This document shows positions 40,842 to 49,471 of a stretch of DNA of 64,000 nucleotides, piece after piece. The notes beneath the pieces are model-generated. The model was not told the origin of the DNA and searched no databases. It saw only the letters and a program-made list of their open reading frames with translations. A program made the position numbers and the translations under genes. Position 1 is the first letter of the stretch, and every line of letters starts with the position of its first letter. Origin of the DNA: Candidatus Poribacteria bacterium. GTDB taxonomy: Bacteria; Poribacteria; WGA-4E; WGA-3G. The stretch lies in NCBI GenBank assembly GCA_022826805.1, contig JAJDUH010000045.1, positions 83,562 through 147,561 of the forward strand, given 5' to 3'.

Positions 40842-42677
40842 ATGAAAAAAATAATTTGCTTATTGCTAACGCTAAGTCTGACCCTACTACTCATGCCAGC
40901 AAGCTACGCTCAAGATACAAATCTTGACCTTCTGAGGGCATCGGATGTAAATGGTGATGGCGTGGTAAATATCCTTGATCTGACGCTTATTGCCTCGCGT
41001 TTCGGAGCAATACCCACCGAAAACCAGCGTTTAAATCCAGATGTAAACGCCGACGGCTTTGTCAACATCCTTGATTTGACACTCGTTGCCGGGCATTTGG
41101 GCAAAACCGTCCGTCCACCCGTTTCATTCGTTAGCGCAAATCCAGGAATCGATTCGCAGCTTGATGTGAACGCGACGATTACCTTGACCTTTGACGATAC
41201 ACCTGATGACGTTACCGCGAACACAGGGATTGTCATAATCACTGATGAGACTGTGACAATCACGGGGGCCTTCGATCCGGGTTCTCTCGCTTTGACGGTT
41301 ACCTGGGCAGATGGCACACAAACACTTAACTATACCATCAGGCAACCAGCGGCATTCGTTAGTGTCGATCCCGCAATCGGTTCGCAGCTTGAGACAGACA
41401 ATACTATTACGTTGACCTTTGATAATGCACCAGAGGACGTCACTGTGAGTACGGGTACTGCTACAATTACCGATAAGACCGTGGTAATCACAGGTCCATT
41501 TGATCCAGGTCTTCTCGTCTTGACCATCACTTGGAAGGATGGAACGCAAACGCTCAATTATACCGTCAGACAACCGGTGGCGTTTGTTAGAGCGAAACCA
41601 GCAGCTGGTGCAACGCTCACCATTGATGCCCCTATTACGCTGACCTTTGATAATGCACCAGAGGACGTCACTGTGAGTACGGGTACTGCTACAATTACCG
41701 ATAAGACCGTGGTAATCACAGGTCCATTTGACCCAGGTCTTCTCGCCTTGACTATCACTTGGAAAGACGGAACGCAAACGCTCAACTATACCGTCAGACA
41801 ACCGGTGGCATTCGTTAGGGCAAATCCAACAAGTGGTGCGGAACTTGATGTAGGCGATACCATTACCCTTACCTTTGATAACCGCCCAAACAATGTTACA
41901 GTGAGCACTGGAAATGTTAGAATCACTGGCAGGAATGTGAGAATTACAGGTCCCTTTGATCCGGGTTCCCTCTCACTGACTATCACTTGGGCGGATGGGA
42001 GCAAAAGACTCAATTATACTGTCCGGACACCAGACACCGAAGCACCTCGAATTACGGGGAGAACCGTCAGCGACGGTGACAAAGACGTTGATCCCGATAC
42101 GATTAACACCAGAGCACGCATCGAAGTTGAGTTCAGCGAAGAGGTAACCGGCAATATTGTTCTACGAACTGAAGCAGGTGTCAATGCCGGTTGGCGTGGA
42201 CAAGTTGAAGGCAAGAAAGCCACCCTTGAACTGGTCAGAGGTAGAGAACTTGATAACGCGACCACCTACGTTATTGCTGGGAAAGTTAGCGATGCCGCTG
42301 GTAACGAAACCGATCTCAAGATTACCTTCACGACTGAGAGCAAGACCTCTGGTGTCCCCTTTGCGGTTACCGATGCGACTTTTAATTCGCTCGTTCTCCA
42401 ATCAGAAGTACCTGTCGTGGTCGAGTTTTGGAAAGATGGGTGACCATTCTGTCGAAGAATGGTGACAGTTGTCGCCGAAGCTGCCTCAGAGAAGCGAGAC
42501 ACATTTGCCGTCGCGAAAATGAATATTGCCCAGAGTCGGCAAACGCATCAAAAATATCGGGTTATAGGACATCCAACTTATATCGTGTTCCAAGATGGAA
42601 AGGTTGTCGGTCGTTTTGGAGGCGTGATCCCGAAACAGCAGCTGGTTAATAATATTCTTAATGCGATAAATAATTGA
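40842..42677 (+). CDS. Putative exported selenoprotein: signal peptide, dockerin-like domain, 4 x 76-aa Ig-like repeats, Big_5-like domain, thioredoxin with UxxC (TGA 42441-42443)
   Basis: ORFs 40842..42443 and 42459..42677 are in frame; join reads VVEFWKDG-TGA-PFCRRMV; cis-Pro GHPT. Confidence 0.85.
42461..42476 (+). promoter_or_regulatory. Candidate bacterial SECIS hairpin 2
   Basis: GGTGAC-AGTT-GTCGCC (one G-U pair) begins after a 17-nt spacer from the TGA. Confidence 0.5.
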
Positions 42678-42701
42678 TGACAGATCATTATTCGCGAGGT
42701 A

Positions 42702-42767
42702 TTGTACCGCAAACTGTTAGTTTGCGAAGGCTGCGCGAAGACCACAGTCTAACAGATTGTGGTACAA
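42702..42767. repeat. Imperfect inverted-repeat doublet (REPIN-like)
   Basis: TTGTACCGCAAACTGTTAG ... CTAACAGATTGTGGTACAA. Confidence 0.55.
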
Positions 42768-42803
42768 ATGCGCTGTTAAGTCTCACACTGATTACTGACA
42801 TTA

Positions 42804-42836
42804 AGCGGCGAGGTTTTCCAACCTCGCCGTTTTTTT
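42804..42836 (+). terminator. Intrinsic terminator after the selenoprotein pair
   Basis: CGGCGAGGTT-TTCC-AACCTCGCCG followed by T7. Confidence 0.75.
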
Positions 42837-42874
42837 GTCAAAATTACCTAAGTTGCACAATTTAACAGATTATG

Positions 42875-44815
42875 CTACAACTCATCTCGATGGTAAAACC
42901 ACCACTCTAAAAGTAAAATACCAAACGCAAGGAGTGCTGGAAAACGCCATATCTCCTGTGCTATCGGTTGTAGACCTGTTTCAAGCGATGCCGATTTTTC
43001 TTCCGCTTCTATCGTCGTAGCATGTGGAAGTGCGGATTCTGCAGCATCAAGCAGATTAACCGTGAAGCGTTCTAATTCTCTACCATCATCGGCGAAGAGT
43101 GTGTAGACACCCACCTGATCTGTCTGGGTGAATATCGAATCATCCAATCTGACCACTGTTTCATCCGGTTTTCGCACGTGAAGTGGTGTATCTGTGTTTT
43201 TTACTGCGACTATCACCTGTTCTCCCGTCCGAAAAGCGTGCCGAGTCCGCTCTTCTTGCGACACAATGGGTTGAAGCGTAGCGGTTCCTGCTTCCAACCA
43301 CGCCAAACACTGATAAATAAACAGCGGTCCCGCTGGTATTGTCATTGCAAAGGAAGAGATCTCTGGATTAAATGCGTCAAACTCGAAAACAAGGAATCGG
43401 GTGTCCGCTTCAGCACCGAACCAGATTAATGAACCCTTCTCCGTTTCAACAAGAGAATGTCCCCAGAGTGGTAAGTTCCGATATGTAGATTCACGCACCT
43501 GCAAACCTTGTAGGGATACACCTGCCATGAGTGGGTGCGCATCATCTGTTTTGACAACGCGCGCAGGTCCGTTACTGGTTTCTATAGAAGAAGCCTCTCC
43601 TTGCATGAAGGGTAGATTGTCGTCCGGATTGATAAAGATTAGATGCGTTTTGGCGCCAATCTCAGAAAAATTACCGAAAGCCTCGCGTCCGCTGAAGGTG
43701 CCACCATCGAAAATCGCTATATCAGCATCACCAGTTCCGTGATAATCCGCTGGTGGAACTATATCTAACACCACATGTCTTCCGTATGTGCGCAACAGAT
43801 CAGGCAATAAAGATTTCCGATTGTCACTGACGAGTAAGATTCGCAAAGGTGAGAGGCCTGATAAGATCACTGAAGCAGTGTTATCAAGCGGAAAATCGTC
43901 CTCTATCCCAAGATGGACACTGATAACCTTTCCTTCTAAACCGCTCGGATTGCCTGAAAACAGAACCGACTTGGTTTCTGCTGGCGGAATAGATATCACC
44001 CTGTCATCGAGTGGCGCGCTTTCCACCCGCAATTGAACGTTGAATTCTCTGGCGGTATCTGTGAAATTTTGGATACGAACCAGCACCTCGTACCAGTCTT
44101 CTATACTGTCAACGCTAAGTAGAACGATACCGATATTCTCAGCATCTCCGCCTATTGCAACCTTATGGAGCGGCAGGGATATATCCGGTAGCTTTTCAAA
44201 AGTATCGCTGATAAAGAAAACACTATCCTGCGGTGCGTCTGCATAGCGGGTTACAGCATCAAAAACAGGACGGAGATTGCGTGGTGCGTGGGTTGGAGGA
44301 ATATTTTCTATGGCACTCAGAAGTTGTGTGGTATCAGTTGTAAACGCTTGTTGGATATAGGAGTCCGCCCCTTCCCAGTAACGGGTGGGATGGCTTCGGC
44401 TTTCGGCTTGCGTCACCATGAGCATAATCCCGCCGCCTGCGGAAATTTGCTCAACCTGCGCCTGTGCCGCCTGCTTTGCGAGTGCAAGACGCGTTTGCCC
44501 CATCTCTTCCGACAACATACTCGCAGAGTTGTCAACTATAATGACCGCCTTTCCGGGCATGAATCCAGGTCTGCGCAGGACAGGACGTGCCACACTGAGC
44601 GTAAGGAGTAACAGAAAAAGCACCTGTAAGAGTGGAAGGAGTAGGTTCCGAAGCCGTTGGAACGGGACATTGGCTCTCCGGTCTTCGTCAGCAGATAGCC
44701 AATGCATAATGCTCGGAACGAGGTAGTTGTAGCGGCGCAACTTCAGGAAATGAAGTAGCACTATGATTGGAATTATACCTAACAGATAAAACGCGGCAGG
44801 ATTCAGAAATAGCAT
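42875..44815 (-). CDS. BatA/VWA-domain membrane protein
   Basis: FLNP N-terminus, LHFLK, ARP, MIDAS DNSASM, C-terminal LLLEWW TM. Confidence 0.85.
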   Translation of the reverse strand: MLFLNPAAFYLLGIIPIIVLLHFLKLRRYNYLVPSIMHWLSADEDRRANVPFQRLRNLLLPLLQVLFLLLLTLSVARPVLRRPGFMPGKAVIIVDNSASMLSEEMGQTRLALAKQAAQAQVEQISAGGGIMLMVTQAESRSHPTRYWEGADSYIQQAFTTDTTQLLSAIENIPPTHAPRNLRPVFDAVTRYADAPQDSVFFISDTFEKLPDISLPLHKVAIGGDAENIGIVLLSVDSIEDWYEVLVRIQNFTDTAREFNVQLRVESAPLDDRVISIPPAETKSVLFSGNPSGLEGKVISVHLGIEDDFPLDNTASVILSGLSPLRILLVSDNRKSLLPDLLRTYGRHVVLDIVPPADYHGTGDADIAIFDGGTFSGREAFGNFSEIGAKTHLIFINPDDNLPFMQGEASSIETSNGPARVVKTDDAHPLMAGVSLQGLQVRESTYRNLPLWGHSLVETEKGSLIWFGAEADTRFLVFEFDAFNPEISSFAMTIPAGPLFIYQCLAWLEAGTATLQPIVSQEERTRHAFRTGEQVIVAVKNTDTPLHVRKPDETVVRLDDSIFTQTDQVGVYTLFADDGRELERFTVNLLDAAESALPHATTIEAEEKSASLETGLQPIAQEIWRFPALLAFGILLLEWWFYHRDEL

Positions 44816-44917
44816 TATAGTCCTCGGTTATCAGTTTTCAGCTAAAAGACATTTGTGGAAGCGAAATGATATGCAACCGCCACACACCGACAACCGACAA
44901 CTGATAACTGACAACCA

Positions 44918-45307
44918 CTACTCCTCTTTTTCCTTCAGGCTCTCCAGCACTTCATCGGCATCCTGTCTACCGACCTCACCGTAATTTTGTAAATGATCAC
45001 ACGCTGCTCGGACTTTGTCGAGTTCGTCCAGTTCCAGATAGATACTCGCTAAATTTTTGTGCATCTCTCGAAACACGCCGGGCCAATTCCGTTCGCCTTC
45101 TTTATCAACAATGCGCGTTGCATTCGTAATCGCAGTGTTGACAACCTCGTCTAATACGGCTTTCTCCTCGACTGAGAAACGGAAATTTTCCTGTTGCCGT
45201 TTCTCGTTGTAGGCTTTTAAGTCGCTAATCGCCTTATCGCATTGATTGTATGTTTTTTCTATACTCAAAGCACCTTCAAAAATTTTTGATAAAAATCCTA
45301 ATTTCAT
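44918..45307 (-). CDS. Hypothetical helical (TPR-like) protein
   Basis: 129-aa ORF with GGAG RBS. Confidence 0.55.
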   Translation of the reverse strand: MKLGFLSKIFEGALSIEKTYNQCDKAISDLKAYNEKRQQENFRFSVEEKAVLDEVVNTAITNATRIVDKEGERNWPGVFREMHKNLASIYLELDELDKVRAACDHLQNYGEVGRQDADEVLESLKEKEE

Positions 45308-45324
45308 TGTATCTCCTGAATCAG

Positions 45325-45356
45325 TGAAGGTGCGGTGAACAAGAACCGCACCTTCA
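45325..45356. terminator. Inverted repeat (terminator- or REP-like)
   Basis: TGAAGGTGCGGT ... ACCGCACCTTCA. Confidence 0.5.
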
Positions 45357-45363
45357 GGTTGTT

Positions 45364-46146
45364 TTAGAAACTGCCTTTTAGTTCACCCCATGTCACTGCC
45401 AACTTCTCTTTGGCTTCAACAGCAAGTACGACCGGCAGGCTCAGTTCCATTGATGCCTTAATCTCTTCTTCAGTTAATGCTGCGGCGTATATGACGACCT
45501 CATCAATAATAGCGTCTTCCACTTTGTGGAGGTTTGGATTTTCACCTGCCCCAATGTAGATTGCTGCCTCTTTGAACTTGGGCCACTTGAAGTTTTCCGG
45601 CTGCTCACCGATAAATTCTCCGTTGACGTAGATCTTTCCGTCTTTGCCATCGGCAACTAACACGTAGTGGTACCACTCTTTCAATTCAAATTTGTAATTG
45701 CCAAGGCTTTTATCAGCATGATGTCCGGCATCCCAAAATGGGTTGAAATTCGGGTTCACCATGGTACGGAATTCACAACATCCACCAGCGGCGGCTTCTA
45801 TAGAGATAATCCCATCATACGAGGCATGTTGATTCAGGAAAAACCACGCTTCCATCGTGATCTCGGTCTTTTCACCGATCGGAACGATAAAATCATTCTG
45901 ATCCATCTGGACGACTCCACCGTTTAACTGTATTCCTTTATTAAACGCACCGTCAACAAGGGAACCTTTTCCAACCAATTCTGCATCGTTGCCGTTTCCG
46001 GTATCATCTTTAACTGTATTGCCATTGAGCTTGTCAAATGAGTAATAGACGAGGATGTCCTCTTCCTCAAAAGCATGAGAGAGACTCACAGCAAATATAC
46101 AAATTGCTGAAAGCACTACAAGGATAAGATTTTTACGCATTTTCAC
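45364..46146 (-). CDS. Secreted LamG/concanavalin-like domain protein with AVE..KLA.TWG.LK tail
   Basis: Signal peptide; YYSFD, D.TGNGN, T.EAW, WYH, YVNG, IDEV.IY. Confidence 0.85.
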   Translation of the reverse strand: MKMRKNLILVVLSAICIFAVSLSHAFEEEDILVYYSFDKLNGNTVKDDTGNGNDAELVGKGSLVDGAFNKGIQLNGGVVQMDQNDFIVPIGEKTEITMEAWFFLNQHASYDGIISIEAAAGGCCEFRTMVNPNFNPFWDAGHHADKSLGNYKFELKEWYHYVLVADGKDGKIYVNGEFIGEQPENFKWPKFKEAAIYIGAGENPNLHKVEDAIIDEVVIYAAALTEEEIKASMELSLPVVLAVEAKEKLAVTWGELKGSF

Positions 46147-46302
46147 AACCCTCCAAAACGTTTTAACAGAATTTTAACACAAAAAAGGAACAGCGTCAAT
46201 GCATTATACATCAGTCTTGGAAATGTAGCAATTAGAATGGTTATCAGTGTAGGGTTATTCAATTTTACATATTTATTTTGTGTATGTGACTATTATTCCA
46301 CT

Positions 46303-46347
46303 GTAGGAGTGAGTGTTTTTGCTTGGGTGTTTCTTCATGCTCGCGAT
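46303..46347. repeat. Composite GTAG REP
   Basis: GTAGGAGTGAGTGTTTTTGCTTGGGTGTTTCTTCATGCTCGCGAT, close to the 24600 copy. Confidence 0.75.
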
Positions 46348-46480
46348 ATTGCGTAAAAACATTAACTTCTATCAACGAAAACTGAGATCGGAATCGAAAA
46401 CTGAATAGACCTGCTGTCAACTGTCGATTGTCTGAATCAGAAATTTAGGATTTTCAGAATTATTGACATTTGATATTAGT

Positions 46481-46891
46481 TCAGGATAAAGTTTCTTTCT
46501 CTTCAAGGCTTGTGAATAACGCAACGTACGCTTCCGGCAAGGCAAGTTCCAATTTCGACGCTTCATCAATGCCAAACCATCCGATTCGTGAATGCTCCTC
46601 TGGCTGTAGACGCGTTGGTTCGCCTATCCAATTTGTTACCACAAATATGTGATAGGTTTCGCCATTATTGGGATCAAGCAGCGTTTTAATCTTTTCAAAC
46701 ATAGTAGGCGTAACACCGATTTCTTCTTCCAACTCCCTGATGAGCGTCTGTTCCGGCGTTTCCCCCGTTTCACAGTGTCCACCGATTATGTCCCAAACGT
46801 TGGGATAAGAACGCCGGTGCTTAGACCTTTTACCGAGTAAGATTTTTCCATTATTGAACAAGATTCCGAGTGCGCAAATTTTTAATTCCAT
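46481..46891 (-). CDS. NUDIX hydrolase
   Basis: Nudix box GGHCETGETPEQTLIRELEEEIG. Confidence 0.9.
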   Translation of the reverse strand: MELKICALGILFNNGKILLGKRSKHRRSYPNVWDIIGGHCETGETPEQTLIRELEEEIGVTPTMFEKIKTLLDPNNGETYHIFVVTNWIGEPTRLQPEEHSRIGWFGIDEASKLELALPEAYVALFTSLEEKETLS

Positions 46892-47006
46892 ATTTTTCCT
46901 CATACAAGCAGACAAACAATCAATTGCCCTACTACAACGAGCATTGGCGATCAGCAGTCAGAAGTCGGGATTACAAATCCCTCCTACAGGCAGACGGAAA
47001 ATGCCC

Positions 47007-47035
47007 TTGCGAGTTAGGACAATAACTGGTACAAT
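47007..47035 (+). promoter_or_regulatory. Sigma70-like promoter, leaderless uppP
   Basis: TTGCGA-N17-TACAAT; ATG 6 nt downstream. Confidence 0.5.
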
Positions 47036-47041
47036 GACACT

Positions 47042-47920
47042 ATGACTTTTCTTGAAGCAATCCTCCTTGGCATATTACAAGGCTTAACCGAATTCCTACC
47101 CGTTAGCAGCTCCGGACATCTCGTCTTAGCCCAGCAATTCCTTGGCTTGAAGGAACCCCTCGTCTTTTTTGATGTTATGCTTCACGTTGGGACATTAGCG
47201 GCTGTGTTGGTCGCATATCGTGATGCAATAGGACGATTGGCGATCGCAGGACTCTCTTCCCTTGGAGATTCCCAATTGTGGCGGCGTCCAAGGACAACAT
47301 TTAACGCCTCCCCTGAACTCAAGTTTATCTATCTGATACTCCTCGGCTCTATTCCGACAGGCGTTATTGCAGTGCTGTTCAAGACCCAACTCGAATCCTT
47401 TTTCGAGGAAACGCGTCTTGTGAGCGTTATGCTAATCCTCACCGGTGCTATCCTCCAACTCCCCCGGCTCCGCAAACGTGTAGGTTGGGTGTTTTTGCTT
47501 GGGTGTTTCCGCAAACCCAGAGAAACCCAACTGAATAGTCCAACGGGACAACTGAAAGCCTGGCATGCACCGCTCATCGGAATCGCTCAAGGTTGCGCCA
47601 TTACCCCCGGTATCTCCCGCTCAGGAACAACAATCTCGTTAGCACTGTTCTTAGAAATTCCTGCAAAAACGGCGGCGGAATACTCCTTTTTACTCTCCAT
47701 TCCTGCTATACTCGGTGCGGTTGCACTGAAAGTCCGAGATGTCGGAGACACGACGATACCACTCTATATCGTGGGCGGCGGAATGCTCGCCTCATTTATT
47801 GTCGGTTACATCGCATTGCGGTTTCTGTTGGTCGTGCTGAACCGAGGCAAATTCTCTCTCTTTTCGTACTACTGTATCGCTTTAGGCGTCATTTCCCTCT
47901 TAATCGCCTTAATCCAGTAA
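47042..47920 (+). CDS. uppP: Undecaprenyl-diphosphate phosphatase with an in-frame REP insertion
   Basis: QGLTEFLPVSSSGH, PGISRSG, YSFLLSIP. Confidence 0.95.
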   Translation: MTFLEAILLGILQGLTEFLPVSSSGHLVLAQQFLGLKEPLVFFDVMLHVGTLAAVLVAYRDAIGRLAIAGLSSLGDSQLWRRPRTTFNASPELKFIYLILLGSIPTGVIAVLFKTQLESFFEETRLVSVMLILTGAILQLPRLRKRVGWVFLLGCFRKPRETQLNSPTGQLKAWHAPLIGIAQGCAITPGISRSGTTISLALFLEIPAKTAAEYSFLLSIPAILGAVALKVRDVGDTTIPLYIVGGGMLASFIVGYIALRFLLVVLNRGKFSLFSYYCIALGVISLLIALIQ

Positions 47921-48564
47921 GTAACGACACCGCCGAAAACCCTTTTATTATAGTGACGCACCTCCGGCACCACACCGATACTATTTAAGAGGTCGCTCAT
48001 CTTCCTATCGCTTTGCAGTGTGTTTCGGATCCATTTTTTCCCGGTGCATCTATAGATTAGGGTCGCCAGGTACATCTGTAGCGGTTTCAGTCTGAAGCGT
48101 TTGAGATAGCGGAGTGGAAACCCGAAGCCGTGCCCGGAGATAGCCAGGGTGCCACCCGGTCTGAGAACGCGGGCAAGCTCAACTAAAGCGGCTCTATCGT
48201 CAGGCACATGCGGCATAACGAGGAAACAGGTCACGAGATCAAAGGTTTCATCTGCAAACGGTAAGGTAGGGAGCGCAGCACGCATCAGAATAGGAACTTC
48301 GGATGGCTGTTCATTTAACTTTTCGATCTGGGAACGTCCAAACACCAAGAAAGTCGAGTCTACATCAATACCGATAAGGAGTTCGGGAACATCAGCAGCA
48401 AGCGCGACGAGAAGATTTCCAGGTCCACAACCGACATCTAATACTCTCTTGCCGGTGGCGTCAATTTGCAATGTATCCAGTTGCCTTCGCGTTGTCCCGC
48501 GTGCCAATTCGCGATATGCGTTCTGAATGTAGGCGGTGTGCCATTTGGTTAATCTATCTTTCAT
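47869..48564 (-). CDS. Class I SAM-dependent methyltransferase
   Basis: VLDVGCGPG, LPFADETFDLV, RVLRPGG. Confidence 0.88.
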   Translation of the reverse strand: MKDRLTKWHTAYIQNAYRELARGTTRRQLDTLQIDATGKRVLDVGCGPGNLLVALAADVPELLIGIDVDSTFLVFGRSQIEKLNEQPSEVPILMRAALPTLPFADETFDLVTCFLVMPHVPDDRAALVELARVLRPGGTLAISGHGFGFPLRYLKRFRLKPLQMYLATLIYRCTGKKWIRNTLQSDRKMSDLLNSIGVVPEVRHYNKRVFGGVVTYWIKAIKREMTPKAIQ

Positions 48565-49459
48565 TTGACCGGGATAAAGATGTCACCCACCTGCTGAGCC
48601 GCTGGGGTATCGTTGTTAGTTCCGCACGGAAGAGCATCAGTCCAGCGTTATCGGTAATTGGAACAGCGTTCAGTTGATATGGCGGCGTGTCTAAGGTGTT
48701 CCACCCTATCTCGGTTGTCCGAGCCGAGCGGAACCCACCCGCTTTCACAATCTGAACCTCGCGCTCGGTATAATCACCGTTCGGATAACTGAAATGCAAA
48801 CATTCAACGCCTAAAAGACTTTCTAAATCCGATTTGCTGCCAAGAATTTCTTGCTCACATTCTGCTTCCGTGCAGCGCGTCAGGATCGGATGGAATCGGG
48901 TATGCGGTTGAAAGTCAACGCGCTCTGCCATCTCTCTCATTTCTGCTACGTTGAACGCCTGTCTATCTGGGTAGGTCTTTTCGGGTTCAAAGTCAACCGT
49001 TCTTTTGAGACGCGTCAACCGTTCGGCATTTGAGAGTCTTTTCAGTCTTTCTTTCTCTTTCTTGGATTGTCCATCTATCTTGAACCAGAAATGACGGTGT
49101 GTGCTAACGATCTGCGTGCAGACATAGAGTGTCGGACGGATCTGGTACTGCTTGAAAATCGGTAAGAGTTTAAAATTACCGGCGTGTCCATCGTCGATTG
49201 TAATCACCACACTTTTCGGTGGGATCTGTGAGAAATCCTTTCGGTGGACCGCTGAGACCAACGTATCCAGTGAAACAATTGTGCAATGGCGCGAGAGGTA
49301 GGCGATATGCTTCGCGAAAGCCGTCGGTTTAGGGTCGTGATACATGAGGATAGCAATCCGATCTCTGCAGATCAATTCCCGAATGAGAAATGGCATACCT
49401 GATAAACAGACAAAGGTTGCTACCAGATTCTTAAGAAAATTACGCATCAATTGAACCAT
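48554..49459 (-). CDS. Polysaccharide deacetylase (CE4/NodB)
   Basis: ILMYH, ITIDDG, HT..H, FSYPNG. Confidence 0.88.
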   Translation of the reverse strand: MVQLMRNFLKNLVATFVCLSGMPFLIRELICRDRIAILMYHDPKPTAFAKHIAYLSRHCTIVSLDTLVSAVHRKDFSQIPPKSVVITIDDGHAGNFKLLPIFKQYQIRPTLYVCTQIVSTHRHFWFKIDGQSKKEKERLKRLSNAERLTRLKRTVDFEPEKTYPDRQAFNVAEMREMAERVDFQPHTRFHPILTRCTEAECEQEILGSKSDLESLLGVECLHFSYPNGDYTEREVQIVKAGGFRSARTTEIGWNTLDTPPYQLNAVPITDNAGLMLFRAELTTIPQRLSRWVTSLSRSNER

Positions 49460-49471
49460 GCCCTGTTGTTT

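Noticed and set aside
41124-42502. Series of 75-83-aa minus-strand ORFs and a 225-aa antisense ORF
   Set aside because: Shadows of the 228-bp coding repeats
40154-42677. Four separate ORFs or two pseudogenes, as the ORF track implies
   Set aside because: Independent nonsense mutations at the same catalytic codon in two divergent paralogs with intact downstream frames are unlikely
42674-43020. Small ORFs after the selenoprotein pair
   Set aside because: They span REP and terminator sequence or overlap the VWA gene antisense
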